Source: Octopus vulgaris | Lineage: Eukaryota | Length of the DNA stretch: 64,000 nucleotides | Direction: 5' to 3' | Assembly (NCBI GenBank): GCA_951406725.2 | Contig: OX597839.1 | Coordinates: 18,352,001 to 18,416,000 of the forward strand | Shown: positions 37,706 through 51,600 of the stretch, one piece after another | Layout of the letters: each line of letters starts with the position of its first letter | How positions within the stretch are numbered: position 1 is the stretch's first letter | Notes under the pieces: model-generated | What the model was told of the DNA's origin: nothing | What the model saw: the letters and a program-made list of their open reading frames with translations, nothing else | The model's database searches: none | Program-made: the position numbers and the translations under genes

Positions 37706-39763
37706 TTTGTGATAATTTTGCAACTTTAATAAAAGTATATATATATATATCGTAAAAAGCACCATCCGTCCGTGGCCGTTTGCCAGCTCCGTCTGGCACC
37801 TGTGCGGGTGGCACGTAAAAAGCACCCACTACACTCACGGAGTGGTTGGCGTTAGGAAGGGCATCCAGCCGTAGAAACACTGCCAGATCAGACTGGGCCT
37901 GATGCAGCCTTCTGGCTTCACAGACCCCCAGTTGAACCATCCAACCCATGCTAACATGGAAAGCGGACGCTAAATGAGGATGATGATGATGATGATTGCT
38001 CAAGAACACAACACACAGCTCGGTCGATTCCTGGACCGGGCTGTGTGTTGTGTTCTTGAGCAAGACACTTTACTTCACATTGCTCCAGTTCACTCCGCTG
38101 TAGAAATGAGTTGCAAAGTCTCTTGTGCCAAGCTGTATGAGCCTTTGCTTTTCCCTTGGATAACATCAGTGGTGTCGAGAGAGGAGGTGGGCATGAATGG
38201 ACAACTGCTGGTCTTCCACAAACTACCTTGCCCAGACTTGTGCCTTGGAGGGTAACTTTCTAGGTGCAATCCTATGGTCATTCTTGACCAAAGGTGGGTG
38301 GGTGTTTTTACTCTTTACCCTTTATATGTATATATATATATATGCCTTCTGCTATATCCCTGGACTGACCCAAATCCTTTAATGAGGATTTGGTTGACAG
38401 AAACATAAATGTATGTGTGTGTGTGTATCTCTTTCTGTCTTGACATCACATTATAGTTGTACAATGATCAATGCCATATTACCTGCTTGAAAACAAGCAA
38501 GGTTATATACAAGTAATCATCATTTAATGTCTGTCTTCCATGGGGAGGATGGTTCACAGGAGCTGGCCAGGTAGAAGACTACCCCAGGTTACTGTGTCTG
38601 TTTTGGCAGGGTTTTTACAGCTGGGTGTCCTTCCTAACATCAACCACTATGCAGAGTGGACTCAGTACTTTTTACATGGCACCAGCATAGGCGAGGTCAG
38701 TCTTGGCATGGTTTTTACAGCTGGATGCCCTTCCAAATGCCAACCACTTTACAGTGTGAACTGGATGCTTTTTATGTGGCAGGGTCACCAAGTAACTTGC
38801 AAGACAAAGAAGTTCGAGAGGAGCAAGGGCATTTGAGGAGGGAAACTTGTGTGAGATAGAGACAGGTGTGTTGTTATAATGGAGTAGACATTGGAGGAGG
38901 TGATCTTTTATGAGATGAAGAAGGATCAGAGTGTGACAGAGAAATAGAGGGGCAGAAACAAGTGTTTTGCTATAGAGGAGGTACATGGTTACCCAGCGAG
39001 CAGGAGAGAGAGAAAATCTTGTTAAAATAAAATCTCATAATGTGAAATTTTATGCATGGAAACAATTACTGAACATACACAGTACATAAAAACATGGGAA
39101 TGAATATGAACCATAATATTATAATAGTGGAGGTGCAATGGCTCAGTGGTTAGGGCAGCGGTTTCGATTCCCAGACTGGGCGTTGTGTGTGTTTATTGAT
39201 CGGAAACACCTAAAAGCTCCATGAGGCTCCGGCAGGGGTTGGTGGTGACCCCTGTTGTACTCTTTCACCCCAACTTTCTCTCACTCTCTCTTCCTGTTTC
39301 TTGAGTAACACTGCGATGGACTGGCGTCCTGTCCAGCTGGGGGGAACACATACGCCACCGAAACTGAGAAACTGGGCCCATGATCCTGGCTAGGCTTGAA
39401 AAGGGCACATAAAAAAAAAGTTATAATAGGGGACATTCCAACCGTAGAAAATGTTTACTGTTTGAGAGGTGGGCATGGAATGAGAATTACTGGGAGAACA
39501 AGGGACAGTATCTTTTGTCTTATAGTTTACCTTCGTAATCGTCACCATCATCATAATCATTGCTATCATCATCTCTTGATGGATGAAGAACTTATCTGAG
39601 GTTGTTTGATGTTTATGGTGCATTATCTCTTTGTACAGCTCATTATAAACTTCTCATTTCATGTTGCTCCACTCCCTTCATCTGTGAATGAGTAAACCTG
39701 CAATGAACTTGCATCCTGTTCAGGAGGAAAATGTTGTTGATCTTTGTCACTTACACAAAAGAT

Positions 39764-40004
39764 AGGGTTGGTGCATAATTAATGTGGGTTTTTTTCAACA
39801 AATTTAATTCAACAAAATCAATAATAATATTTAACCAAAAAATCTTTAAATGATGGTCTGACCGTCTGCCAAGCAAATGGGAAGCAGTAATTGAAGTAGA
39901 TGGTGAATATGCTCCGGAATAATCATTTAAAGATGTTTTTGTTACATGCTGTTATTGTTTTTGTTGAATAAAATTTGTTGAAAAAAATTATGCACCAACC
40001 CAAT
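39764..40004 (+). mobile_element. Mariner-derived MITE
   Basis: TIRs GGGTTGGTGCATAATT / AATTATGCACCAACCC. The interior encodes DRLPSKWEAVIEVDGEYAPE*, like a mariner transposase C-terminus. Confidence 0.75.
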
Positions 40005-40005
40005 A

Positions 40006-40482
40006 GAAACTGGGTAACTAGCCCTATGTTGTGATTTTGGTCACTTACACTGCAAACTGGGTAACCAGGCCTCTGTTGTGATTTTGGTCATTTCATTGGT
40101 CACATACAGTGCAAACTGGGTAACCAGCTCTGTGTTGTGATCTTGGTCACTTACAATGGAAACTGGCTAACCAGCCCTGTATTATGATCTTGGTCACTTA
40201 AACACAGTAAAACCTGGGTAACCAGCTCCATGTTGTGATCTTGGTCACTTACATACAATGGAAACTGGGTAATCAACCCTATATTTTGATTTTGGCCATT
40301 TACACACAAGGGTAACTGGGTAACCAGCCCTATGTTGGAATCTTGATCACTAACACATAACAAAAACTGGGGAACTTGCTTCATGTTGTGATCTTGGTCA
40401 CTTACAATGGAAACTGGGTAACCAGCCCTATGTTGGGATCTTGGTCACTTACCCAAAATGAAAACTGGGCAATCAGCCCCAT
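40006..40482. repeat. Diverged ~43-45-bp tandem repeat, ~11 copies
   Basis: Recurrent GAAACTGGGTAACCAGCCCTATGTTGTGATCTTGGTCACTTAC. Confidence 0.85.
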
Positions 40483-40524
40483 GAGATGTAGGATTTGAGA
40501 TAATTATGTATGTAAAAGAAATAT

Positions 40525-40690
40525 GGTTAAGGTTGTTTTCAGCAAAAATTTGCAAACCTTCCTCTATAAGTGCCAATGCTTTAGCAATATTTTTTGCAGT
40601 CAATTTAAGTGGAATTGGAAGAATTTCTATGTCATCAGTTTATGTTCTAAAGGGCAGTAGTAAATCAACCACATCATCCTTTTTCATACC
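40525..40690 (-). pseudogene. Possible Tigger/pogo transposase C-terminal relic
   Basis: Minus strand encodes LKLTAKNIAKALALIEEGLQIFAENN, resembling Tigger C-termini; same strand as the N-terminal relic at ~43.2 kb. Confidence 0.4.
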
Positions 40691-40777
40691 CTACATCATG
40701 TGTGAGTGTCACATTATCTTACCAAATTTAATGTAGAATTTCTGCTTGTAGAAAACTTATATAATCATAGATACTAC

Positions 40778-40922
40778 AGTTCTATATTTAAGAGATGAGA
40801 AATTACGTACATTATTTACATTTGATGGATATTTGTCCTCCATATGCCCACGGGCATATGGCGTAGTGGTTAAGAGCGCAGGCTACTAACCCCAAGATTC
40901 TGAGTTCAATTCCAGGCAGTGA

Positions 40923-40966
<44 letters not shown>

Positions 40967-41107
40967 TTGGAAAATACCTTAGGAATGAGAACCCAGGTTC
41001 GAAATTTCCCCAAGACACCTGGCGAAGGCTGGAGGGTATATCAGCCGAAACGTTGTGTTAACAACAAACAAGATGAGGACAAATATCCGTCAAATGTAAA
41101 TAATGTA
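40778..41107 (+). mobile_element. tRNA-headed, hammerhead-bearing element with an inverted terminal copy and ~12-bp TSD
   Basis: Inverted tail 40778-40840, tRNA-like head 40852-40924, (AAT)n, hammerhead 41015-41058, tail 41075-41107. ATCAYAGATACT at 40764-40775 and 41107-41118. Confidence 0.7.
41015..41058 (+). ncRNA. Minimal hammerhead ribozyme (core CTGGCGA, A6 substituted)
   Basis: ACAC CTGGCGA A GGCTG-loop-CAGCC GAAA CG TT GTGT. Confidence 0.65.
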
Positions 41108-41543
41108 TCACAGATACTGTCTGGCCAAGCACCTTCCAATATTAAGGGTTTCACTTCATCCCTTAATGCAGCTGTTATCCATAACATCCGTGTCAAGCTT
41201 CTCTATGTTTATATGAAGGACTTTGTAAAATAATTTTTGTCATTGTTGATCTGGTATTTGAAACTAATTCACATGAAATTTTGACAGAAAGTTTTGATTT
41301 AACCCATTAGCATTTAAACTGGCCATATCCAGCCCAGATGTTTTACTGGTTTTATGTTCAAATTGACCAGATCTGGCCTCTCACACTTATCCCACAATGT
41401 CCTTCTAAAAATAAACAATCACTTCATCAAAATCTTGAAGTTGAACTTACAATATAATGCTTGATTAATTCAAAGCAATTTGTATAAATAAGAATTGCAT
41501 TTGACAGAGTAATCTGAATGCTGAAGAGTTAATTCTCTTTTAA

Positions 41544-42042
41544 CCCCTTGATGCCGGTATTACCCGAAGCATGTGAGACACTCCTCCAGTTTTTTTATCC
41601 AACGAGGCCATACAAACACATGAGTGCCAACGAGCTCGTCTCTATTTACGTTCACCGTTACAATAACAGCGTTGTACATTTACGTCTACCGGTTTACGAA
41701 AACGAACTATGTGAAGCTATTCATCATGATATGATATGCATGAGTTATTCTGCTCAAGTTCAAAAAAATAGCTTGCATGTGGTACACCTCAAAACATGGT
41801 ATTGTGCTTGTAAAGTATGCGCATGTCATTGGTCTACTGCTAGTCTCTTGACTTGAACGTAACCTAAAATAGCTAAGATAATGCATGGGACGGCGAGCGT
41901 GTGCACAATAGCGAACCTAAACATACGTCAGCCACTATAAAGTCTGCGATAAATGTAGGGCAGCTCTACATCGTATATTTGTTAACCACGGGTAGGCAAG
42001 CAAAAGTGTGATCGCATATTTGTGTCAACCGTTGTCAAGGGG
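41544..42042. mobile_element. piggyBac-type non-autonomous element
   Basis: TTAA|CCCCTTGA...TCAAGGGG|TTAA. Confidence 0.7.
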
Positions 42043-43129
42043 TTAAACCAGAAATTTGTACCATAGAACCCAGTGGGTAGCTATGAAAGGGTTAAACCTT
42101 TCTCAGCAACCTTAGTACCAGCCGGGAAAGAATCTCCATTAGAAGTTTAATTTTCCTTTTTCTGCAAATTATCATACAAACCTCTGATTAATATTTTTCT
42201 TTTGAATAACTATTGTGTGTATTGGTACATTATGTCAAGTCTGAGCTTAGATTAATATAGTTACGAGACATTCCACCTTTAGCATTACATTTGACCAGTG
42301 GTTCTCAACTAGGGTCCAAATGACCCTTGGCCCATATGACCCATGAGGGTCCATGTGACCACTGAGGGTCCATATAAGAATTTTGGGGGTCTATGCAAAC
42401 AAAATAAACTGGAGTATATGCAGTAGCATGTAGTATATTAATATACAGTGGTATATTAAGGGTTCATTTTTATCTAATAAGTTAAAGCCTGGTGCTTATT
42501 CTATCAGTCTCTCTTGCCAAACCACTAAGTTATGGCGATGTAAACACACCAGCACCAGTTGGCAAGCAGTGGGAAGACGACAAACACAGACACAAAGACA
42601 CACACATACAGATATATATATATACACATACTTACATATATGATGGGCTTCTTTCAGTTTCCATCTACCAAATCCACTCACAAGGCTTTGGTTGGCTCAA
42701 GGCCATAGTTGAAGACTCTTGCTCATGTTGCCACGTGGTGGGATTGAACCCTGAACCATGTGGTTAGTAAGCAAACTTCTTACCACGCAGTCATACCTGC
42801 ATCTATTCCAGATGTGTTTATTGCAAGAAACGGCCAGGTTTCTTTCTCTGACGTTCCACACAGGTTCAACCGACACAAGTGAATGTATAATAAACAAAAT
42901 AGGAATTTTGAAAGAAATATCTATAAAACTAGTTTCTACGTCAAATGGCTATGTGGATTCACCAGAATGAAATAGTAATCAAAGGGGTCCATAGATAAAA
43001 AAATGGTTGAGAAGCACTGTATGTGGCCTTTGCTAAAATAAGGTCTGAGTAGCTAATGGAGTGGCTTCTGGAATATTTGATTTTCTCTCTATAGTCACAT
43101 ATTGTCCTTATTGTAGACGTTGTAGGCTC

Positions 43130-43262
43130 TATGTGGCTGATTCTCTCCAGCATGAAGCCTTTTTAAAACATCAAGTTTAATATCCAGTGTAATCCCTTTA
43201 TGCATTTTTTTTCGCACTATTGCTTTCGGCTAGACTTGATGGCTTCTTTCCAGAAATCTTGA
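43130..43262 (-). pseudogene. Tigger/pogo transposase N-terminal (CENP-B-type HTH) relic
   Basis: Minus strand encodes KKMHKGITLDIKLDVLKRLHAGE, matching the Tigger-like K.ITL..KL.(I/V).KR...GE pattern; it breaks down downstream. Confidence 0.6.
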
Positions 43263-43641
43263 ATCGTAGTGTAAATCCATCAGTGGCAGCAATCAATAAT
43301 TATCCACAACAGATATGTACAAAAAAAGAAAAAAAATATCACCATGAAAGGACTGTTTTGTGAGAAGAAAAAAGTTATTTTGTTATTCCCTTAGATGTAA
43401 GAATGGAAATGAGAAGATGAAAGGGTGAACGACTGAGATGAGAGGAAGTACTGATTGATTCTAGTTAGGTTAGTTGAAGGGTTGCCAGCTTCATGGGCAC
43501 TTCACTCCTTGCTCCTCTAACTTGAGCCATATTAACTGTACACACAGTCTCTCTCTCTCTCTCTTTTCTCCCTGTTGTGTTGACATACAACATATGTAGT
43601 TACAGACATTATCTTGCTGGTACCGTTATTGTTATCAATTA

Positions 43642-43675
43642 ATCCTGAAGAATGACTCTGTCTGAAATGTTGGTA
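43642..43675 (+). ncRNA. Decayed minimal hammerhead
   Basis: CTGAAGA ATGAC-TCT-GTCT GAAA TG TT GGTA; stems imperfect; ~140 bp from a (TA)n tract. Confidence 0.4.
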
Positions 43676-43808
43676 ACTCCCTTTCTGGTGTCTTTTCCAA
43701 ATAATACAATTATTTCTAATTCAGACCAATAACAATCTCTTTAGCATTGGTTTCATCTGATATACATACATATACATCTAAAAAGATGTATGTATATATT
43801 TTTCTCTC

Positions 43809-43847
<39 letters not shown>

Positions 43848-43862
43848 CTCTTTCTCTCTACA

Positions 43863-43903
<41 letters not shown>

Positions 43904-44996
43904 TATATACATATGTGTGTGAGTTATGTTTGCATATAAATATGTGTGTAGATGTATATATATGTGTGTGTATATATGCATGTGTGGAGGTACATGGCCT
44001 AGTGGTTAGAGCAGCGGACTCACAGTCAAGGGATCGCAGGTTTGAATCTCAGACTGGGCGATGTGTGTGTTTATGAGTGAAACACCTAAGCTCCACGCGG
44101 CTCCGGCAGAAGGTAATTGTGAACTTCTGCTGACTCTTTTGCCACGACTTTCTCTCACTCTTTCCTCCTGCATCTTGCAGCTCACCTGCAATGGACTGGT
44201 GTCCCGTCCAGGTGGGGAACCTATATGCCAAGAAACCGGGAAACCGGCCCTATGAGCCAGGGATGGCTCGAGAAGGAACAAACAATATATGCATGTATCA
44301 TCACCATCATCGTTTAACATTCTCCTCTCATGTTGGAATAGGTTGGACAGTTTGATAGAAGCTGGCCAGGTGGGAGCTTGTGTCATGCTTCAGTGTCTGT
44401 TTTGGTATGGTTTTTACAGCTGGATGCCCTTCCTAACACCAACCATTCCATAGAGTGGGCTGAGTGATTTTTACATGGTACTTGCACAGGCGAGGACTGT
44501 TTTGGCATGGTTTTTACAGCTTGATGCCCTTCCAAATGCCAACCACTTTACAGTGTGAACTGGATGCTTTTTCAGAGTCACCTGCACTGGCGGTGGTCGC
44601 CAAGTGACTTTGCTAGACGAAGAGTCTTTGAGAAGGTTTATGATTTTCTGTGTGAATGTGTGTATAAGTGTGTGGATGTATTTAACAGATTTAACCAAGA
44701 AATTCAGTTTTCTCCAGTTCATAATTTGTGCTTCTGAAATAGAATTTGCGAAACAGTTTTAAAAGTATCTGTTTGTTTATATGTGTGTACGTATATAAAC
44801 GTATGCATATATTGTGTGTAGGCGTATGTAGACACACAAACACACACACACACACCTAGAATTATGTAGCGATGTCTGTAGAATTTCAAGTTTCGCTCTA
44901 ATCCAATTCTAAGAATCTGTATTATTACGTTATTGGCAATATTTCATTCACTATAATCTGGTCAATTTCTTATTTCTCACTTGTATTTCTGTTTTG

Positions 44997-45445
44997 TGGT
45001 AGTAGTGGTAGTGGTGATAGTAGTAGTAGTGGTGGTGGTGATAGTAGTAGTGGTGGTGATAGTAGTAGTAGTGGTGATAGTAGTAGTAGTAGTGGTGTAG
45101 TAGTAGTAGTAGTAGTGGTGATAGTAGTAGTAGTAATGGTGATAGTAGTAGTAGTAGTAGTGGTGGTGATAGTAGTAGTAGTGGTAGTGGTAGTAGTAGT
45201 AGTGGTGGTGATAGTAGTAGTAGTGATGATAGTAGTAGTAGTAGTGGTGATAGTAGTAGTAGTAGTAGTGGTGGTAGTAGTAGTAGTAGTGGTGGTAGTA
45301 GTAGTAGTAGTGGTGATAGTAGTAGTAGTTGTGGTGATAGTAGTAGTAGTAGTGGTGATAGTAGTAGTAGTGGTGGTGATAGTAGTAGTAGTAGTAGTAG
45401 TAGTGGTGATAGTAGTAGTAGTAGTGGTGATAGTAGTAGTAGTGT
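44997..45445. repeat. (TAG/TGG/TGA)n trinucleotide microsatellite
   Basis: Direct reading. Confidence 0.97.
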
Positions 45446-45829
45446 TGGTGGTGGGAGCTTTTATAACGTTTATGCATACTAAACTACAATGTACACGAAC
45501 ATATTAGCTTAGTGATGTTGTTTTAGCCTCGGTGCAGTTCTGGTGGAGCAAACACATGACCAAATGCATGTTAATCATGACCATCTCGTCTTTTTGTATG
45601 TTTTTTTTTTTTGCACCTTCACCCCCACTCCCTCACATACATACACACTCTGTCACACATAAAAACTCTGTTACACACATTCTTTCTTCTCTCTCTCTCG
45701 CACACACACACACGCCCCCCATTTATACACTCTCTTTCATACATTCAGCGGTATATGTTATGCTATCAATCTTCATCTTTAACTTTATGACCGACCTTAG
45801 TTAACCACATAATTATCTGTCTCTATCTG

Positions 45830-47483
<1,654 letters not shown>

Positions 47484-47714
47484 ACGTGTGTGTTTGTGTG
47501 TCTGTATGATTGCAGTTCAAACATAAGATTTGTTCACGCACACACGTAACACACACATACGTGTGTGTGTGTGTGTGATATCACATGCTCGTGGTGTAAG
47601 CTGTTGACAGGTCTTTCGTTCATTGTCCAGAAATGATGGACTGAAGTGATTCAATCCGGCACGCACCGAGTGTATTTAATTACAAAGAGGCTTGTTAACG
47701 CGGGGAGGCGGAGG

Positions 47715-48225
47715 ACACACATACACACACACACACTCACTCTGTCACATACAGACATACTATCTCACACATACATGCACATAGCCACACACACGCAGTC
47801 TCTCACACACATTGTCACGTACACAATATCACACACACTGCCTTCATACATACAGACACTGCTAACTCGCTCTGTCATTTACACATACACACATGCGCGC
47901 ACTATCTCACGCTCACATTGTCACACAAACACACAGCTTCGTACACACAATTATCACACAGCCACACACTCATAATCACACATACTATCTCACAGAAACT
48001 GACACAATGTCTCGTACACACAATTATCACACACTGTCACACGCTCTCTTTCTCCCCCTCCCTCCCTCTCTCACTCACACACAGACACTCACTATCTCAT
48101 ACACACACACACACACACACACACTCACTATCTCACACACACACTATCTCCCACACACAAAGACACACACACATGCACACACACAGACACTCACTATCTC
48201 ATACACACACACTCTCACACACCCC
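47715..48225. repeat. (CA)-rich low-complexity tract
   Basis: Direct reading. Confidence 0.9.
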
Positions 48226-48609
48226 ACTGATGGTTTATTTTGGAGTTTCAATCATTGAACAGACTACGGCCTCACGAGGACACAACATCATTTGAAGGTG
48301 TTTATTCTAGATAATATCGATCAATCCCCACCCCAACAATACTAACTTCAGTCTGGTACTTATCGATCTCTATCGAATTACCGCCAAGTTATAGGTTTTT
48401 TTAAATAGTATATCTACAAAGTGTTCCCACCGACGTTGTTTCCTCATAGCTTTCAGCAAAATGGATATTTTTTAATGAAATTTTTTACAAATACCCTTCA
48501 GATGGTGTAGGTTATGGTGATACATCAGAATTGTTGGGTGCGTGTACACATAGATATTGACACACATTTCATATTTTTCCAAAATTTCAAGTGTCATTTT
48601 ATAGATATA

Positions 48610-49035
48610 GGATCTTTTCGGTTTGAACGGCAGTTTTTAACATAATTTCTAGGTAACTAAAAAATTTAAAACTTCGTATACTGGTAGAATGTGTTTATAA
48701 AACATCTTTTTCTCTTGCCTTTGTTGAGAAATTTCTATAGTTTGTACGATATTTGTTGTTTTTTTCTTCAATTTATGCAATTTCAATCAATCAGTGATGT
48801 CTATTGAGGTAAATAACATTCTGTGCCATATGAATATGTCCCTCGTTTAAGAAACAGATTGGGTTTATTTACATTTGTGAAGAAAAAAAAATACCCTTCC
48901 CCCACCCCTAACCCTAACCTAACCCTAACCCTAAAACAGATTGAAATGCAATAGATCGATACTAGGGTCATAATTATGGGTGACAATTTCATATGACACC
49001 ACTAGAAAAAACTGCCGTTCAAACCGAAAAGATCC
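48610..49035. mobile_element. MITE with 28-bp TIRs containing telomere-like (CCCTAA)n
   Basis: GGATCTTTTCGGTTTGAACGGCAGTTTT / AAAACTGCCGTTCAAACCGAAAAGATCC; CCCTAA units at ~48906-48934. Confidence 0.8.
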
Positions 49036-51169
49036 GGCAATTCAATCCTAAACGTGAGGCAAACTAGGACATAAATATACATAACATAGAAATTAAGTTT
49101 TTTTAATAGAAATTCTTAATTTTTATGACTTCCTCATCATTATTGTTATAAGACATGGTAGGAAATCAATTTTCCGCCATGTCTAATATTTAAAAAAAAA
49201 AATTTATGGTTGGGTGGTGGTACAAAAGGAAGTCTTTCTGATATATGTGATGTGTGTTAGTATGTATGTATGTATGTGTGTATGTATGTATTGTATGTAT
49301 GTATAGAATGTATGTGTGTGTGACCACCAAAGGTCATGAAAAAAACCAAGTCAGAGAGTGGTGATTGGGTTGGTGTGCTGTTTTCTTTTTTTTTTTTTTA
49401 CATGAAAGGGATGAAACTTGATATTTGTGAACCTAATCCTTTATTTGAAACAGGATAATGTGGTCTTGAGGGAGATTGGGTTGCTATTTTTTAGCCAATC
49501 CTCATTCAGGTGGAATGTTAAAAATCTGTCTTTGGCAGATTCTGGCAAATTCATAAAAATATCAGAGATACAAATTATGAAATATCTAAGCTGTATTTTT
49601 TCATTAATTAATAATAATTGGCAGAAGTAAGGCAGTGAGCTGGCAGAATCGTTAGCATGTTGGATAAAATGCTTAGCAGCATTTCATCTATCTTTACGTT
49701 CTGAGTTCAAATTCCATCAAGGTTGACTTTGCCCTTCATCCTTTTGGGGTTCGATAAAGCAAATACAAGTTGAGAACTGGGGGTCAATGTAATCGACTTA
49801 GCCCGCCCCTGAAATTGTTGGCCATGTGCCAAAATTTGAAAGCAGTAATTGGCAGAAGTTACAGAGTGACTCAAGGGTTGTGAGTTTCATATGTAGGCCT
49901 TGACTCTTGAACAAGTGAAGGTGCATGGCTCAGTGGTCAGAGCATTGGGCTCACAATCATGGGTAGTGAGTTCGATTCCCAGACTAGGCTGTATGGTGTG
50001 TTCTTGAACAAGATACTTTATTTCACGTTGCTCCAGTTCACTCAGTTGTAGAAATGAGTTGTGATGTCATTGGTGCCAGGCTGTATTGGCCCCTTTGCCT
50101 CTCCCTTGGATAACATTGGTGGCATGGAGATGGGAGGCTGGTATGCATGGGCAACTACTTGTCTTCCCTAAACAACCTTACCTGGTCTTGTGCCTCGGAG
50201 GGGAACTTCCTAGGTGAAATCCCATGGTCATTCCTGACTGAAGGGGGTTTATCTATATGTGAAGGCGCATGGCCCAGTGGTGAGAGCATCTGGCTTACAA
50301 ATCATGAGGTAGTGAGTTCAATTCCTGGACCGAGCTGTGTTGTGTTCTTGAGCAAGACACTCTATTTCACTTTACTCCAGTTCACTCAGCTGTAGAAATG
50401 AGTTGCGACATCACTGGTGCCAAGCTGTATTGGCCTTTGTCTTTCCCTTGGATGACATTTGTGGCACGGAGAGGAGAGGTTAGTATGCATGGATGACTGC
50501 TAGTTTTCTTTAAACAAACACTTGTGCCTCGGAGGGGAACTTTCTGGGTGCAATCCCAATGTCATTCATGACTGAAGGGGGTTTCTTTAAATCTTAAACA
50601 TTTGCAAGAATTGCATTGATGCCGTTTTTGCAAATCTTGACTAACTAGGCAAGTATTAAACAAGCAAAAGCTTTCTACCTGGAATGTATGGTGAATTTTT
50701 TTTTTGAAGAGGATCCCCCAAAAAACCACGTGACGTACATGATGTCACACAAAAATAATTTTTTTGATCTGAAAATATTAACTGCTAATTCTGCTGAATT
50801 TCGCCGGAGCCAAGCCAGCATAACAACTCTCATAGTGTTAATTTGCATTGACCTTGAAATTTCCAAAAATGCTAATGAGTTTGCTTGTTAACAGTTCTCA
50901 TTTATGTGGTGTGACGTGCGTGACAAAAATGGATGTAAACCTTTTGAGACAAAAATTTTCTATATCTCCCAAATCGAGTAGTTCTGGATGGAATTGTCTC
51001 AGTAGCGATATCATCATCATCATCATTTAGTGTCTGTTTTCCATACTAGCATGGGTTAGACGGTTTGATTGAAACTGGTGAGCCAGAGAGCTGTATCAGG
51101 CTCTAGTCTGTTTTGGCTTGGTTTTTATATGGCTGGATGCCCTTCTTAATGTCAATCACTCCACAGAGT

Positions 51170-51405
51170 GTACTGGGTGCTTTTATGAGTCACTGGCACA
51201 GGTGCCTTTTATGTGTAATTGGCGCAAATGCTTTTATGTGTCACCAGCACAAGTGCCTTTTATGTGTCACTGGCACCGGTGCCTTATATGTCTCACCAGC
51301 ACTGGTGCCTTTCACGTGTCACCGGCACTGGCTCCTTTCATGGTGCTTTTTAAGTGTCACCATCATGGGTGCTCTTTATTTGTCACCAGCACAGGTGCCT
51401 TTTAT
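51170..51405. repeat. ~23-bp degenerate minisatellite inside a dispersed repeat
   Basis: Recurrent GTCACCAGCACAGGTGCCTTTTATGT variants. Confidence 0.75.
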
Positions 51406-51462
51406 GTGTGTGTTTGTGTTGTGTTTGTCCCTCATTACCACTTGAAAATTGGTGTTGGTTTG

Positions 51463-51600
51463 CATTATTTACATTATTTACTTTATTTACATTCAACGGA
51501 TATTTGTCCTCATCTAGATGAGGACAAATATCCGTTGAATGTAAACAATGTAAATAATGTAAATAATGCACATAATTCCTCTTTTCTTAAATATAGAACT
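51463..51600. mobile_element. Palindromic end-only insertion of the 40778 family with a 12-13-bp TSD
   Basis: Palindrome centred on CATCTAGATG (~51514); GGTGTTGGTTTG at 51451-51462 and 51601-51612. Confidence 0.75.

Noticed and set aside
40852-40924. Functional tRNA gene
   Set aside because: The acceptor stem pairs poorly, there is no terminator, and it is embedded in a TSD-flanked element; treated as a SINE-type head.
50672-51003. Non-repetitive, coding-looking stretch (similar ones at ~3560-3845, 60870-61400, 62230-62480)
   Set aside because: Frames read by eye are interrupted by stops or lack any motif I recognise; probably old transposon debris.
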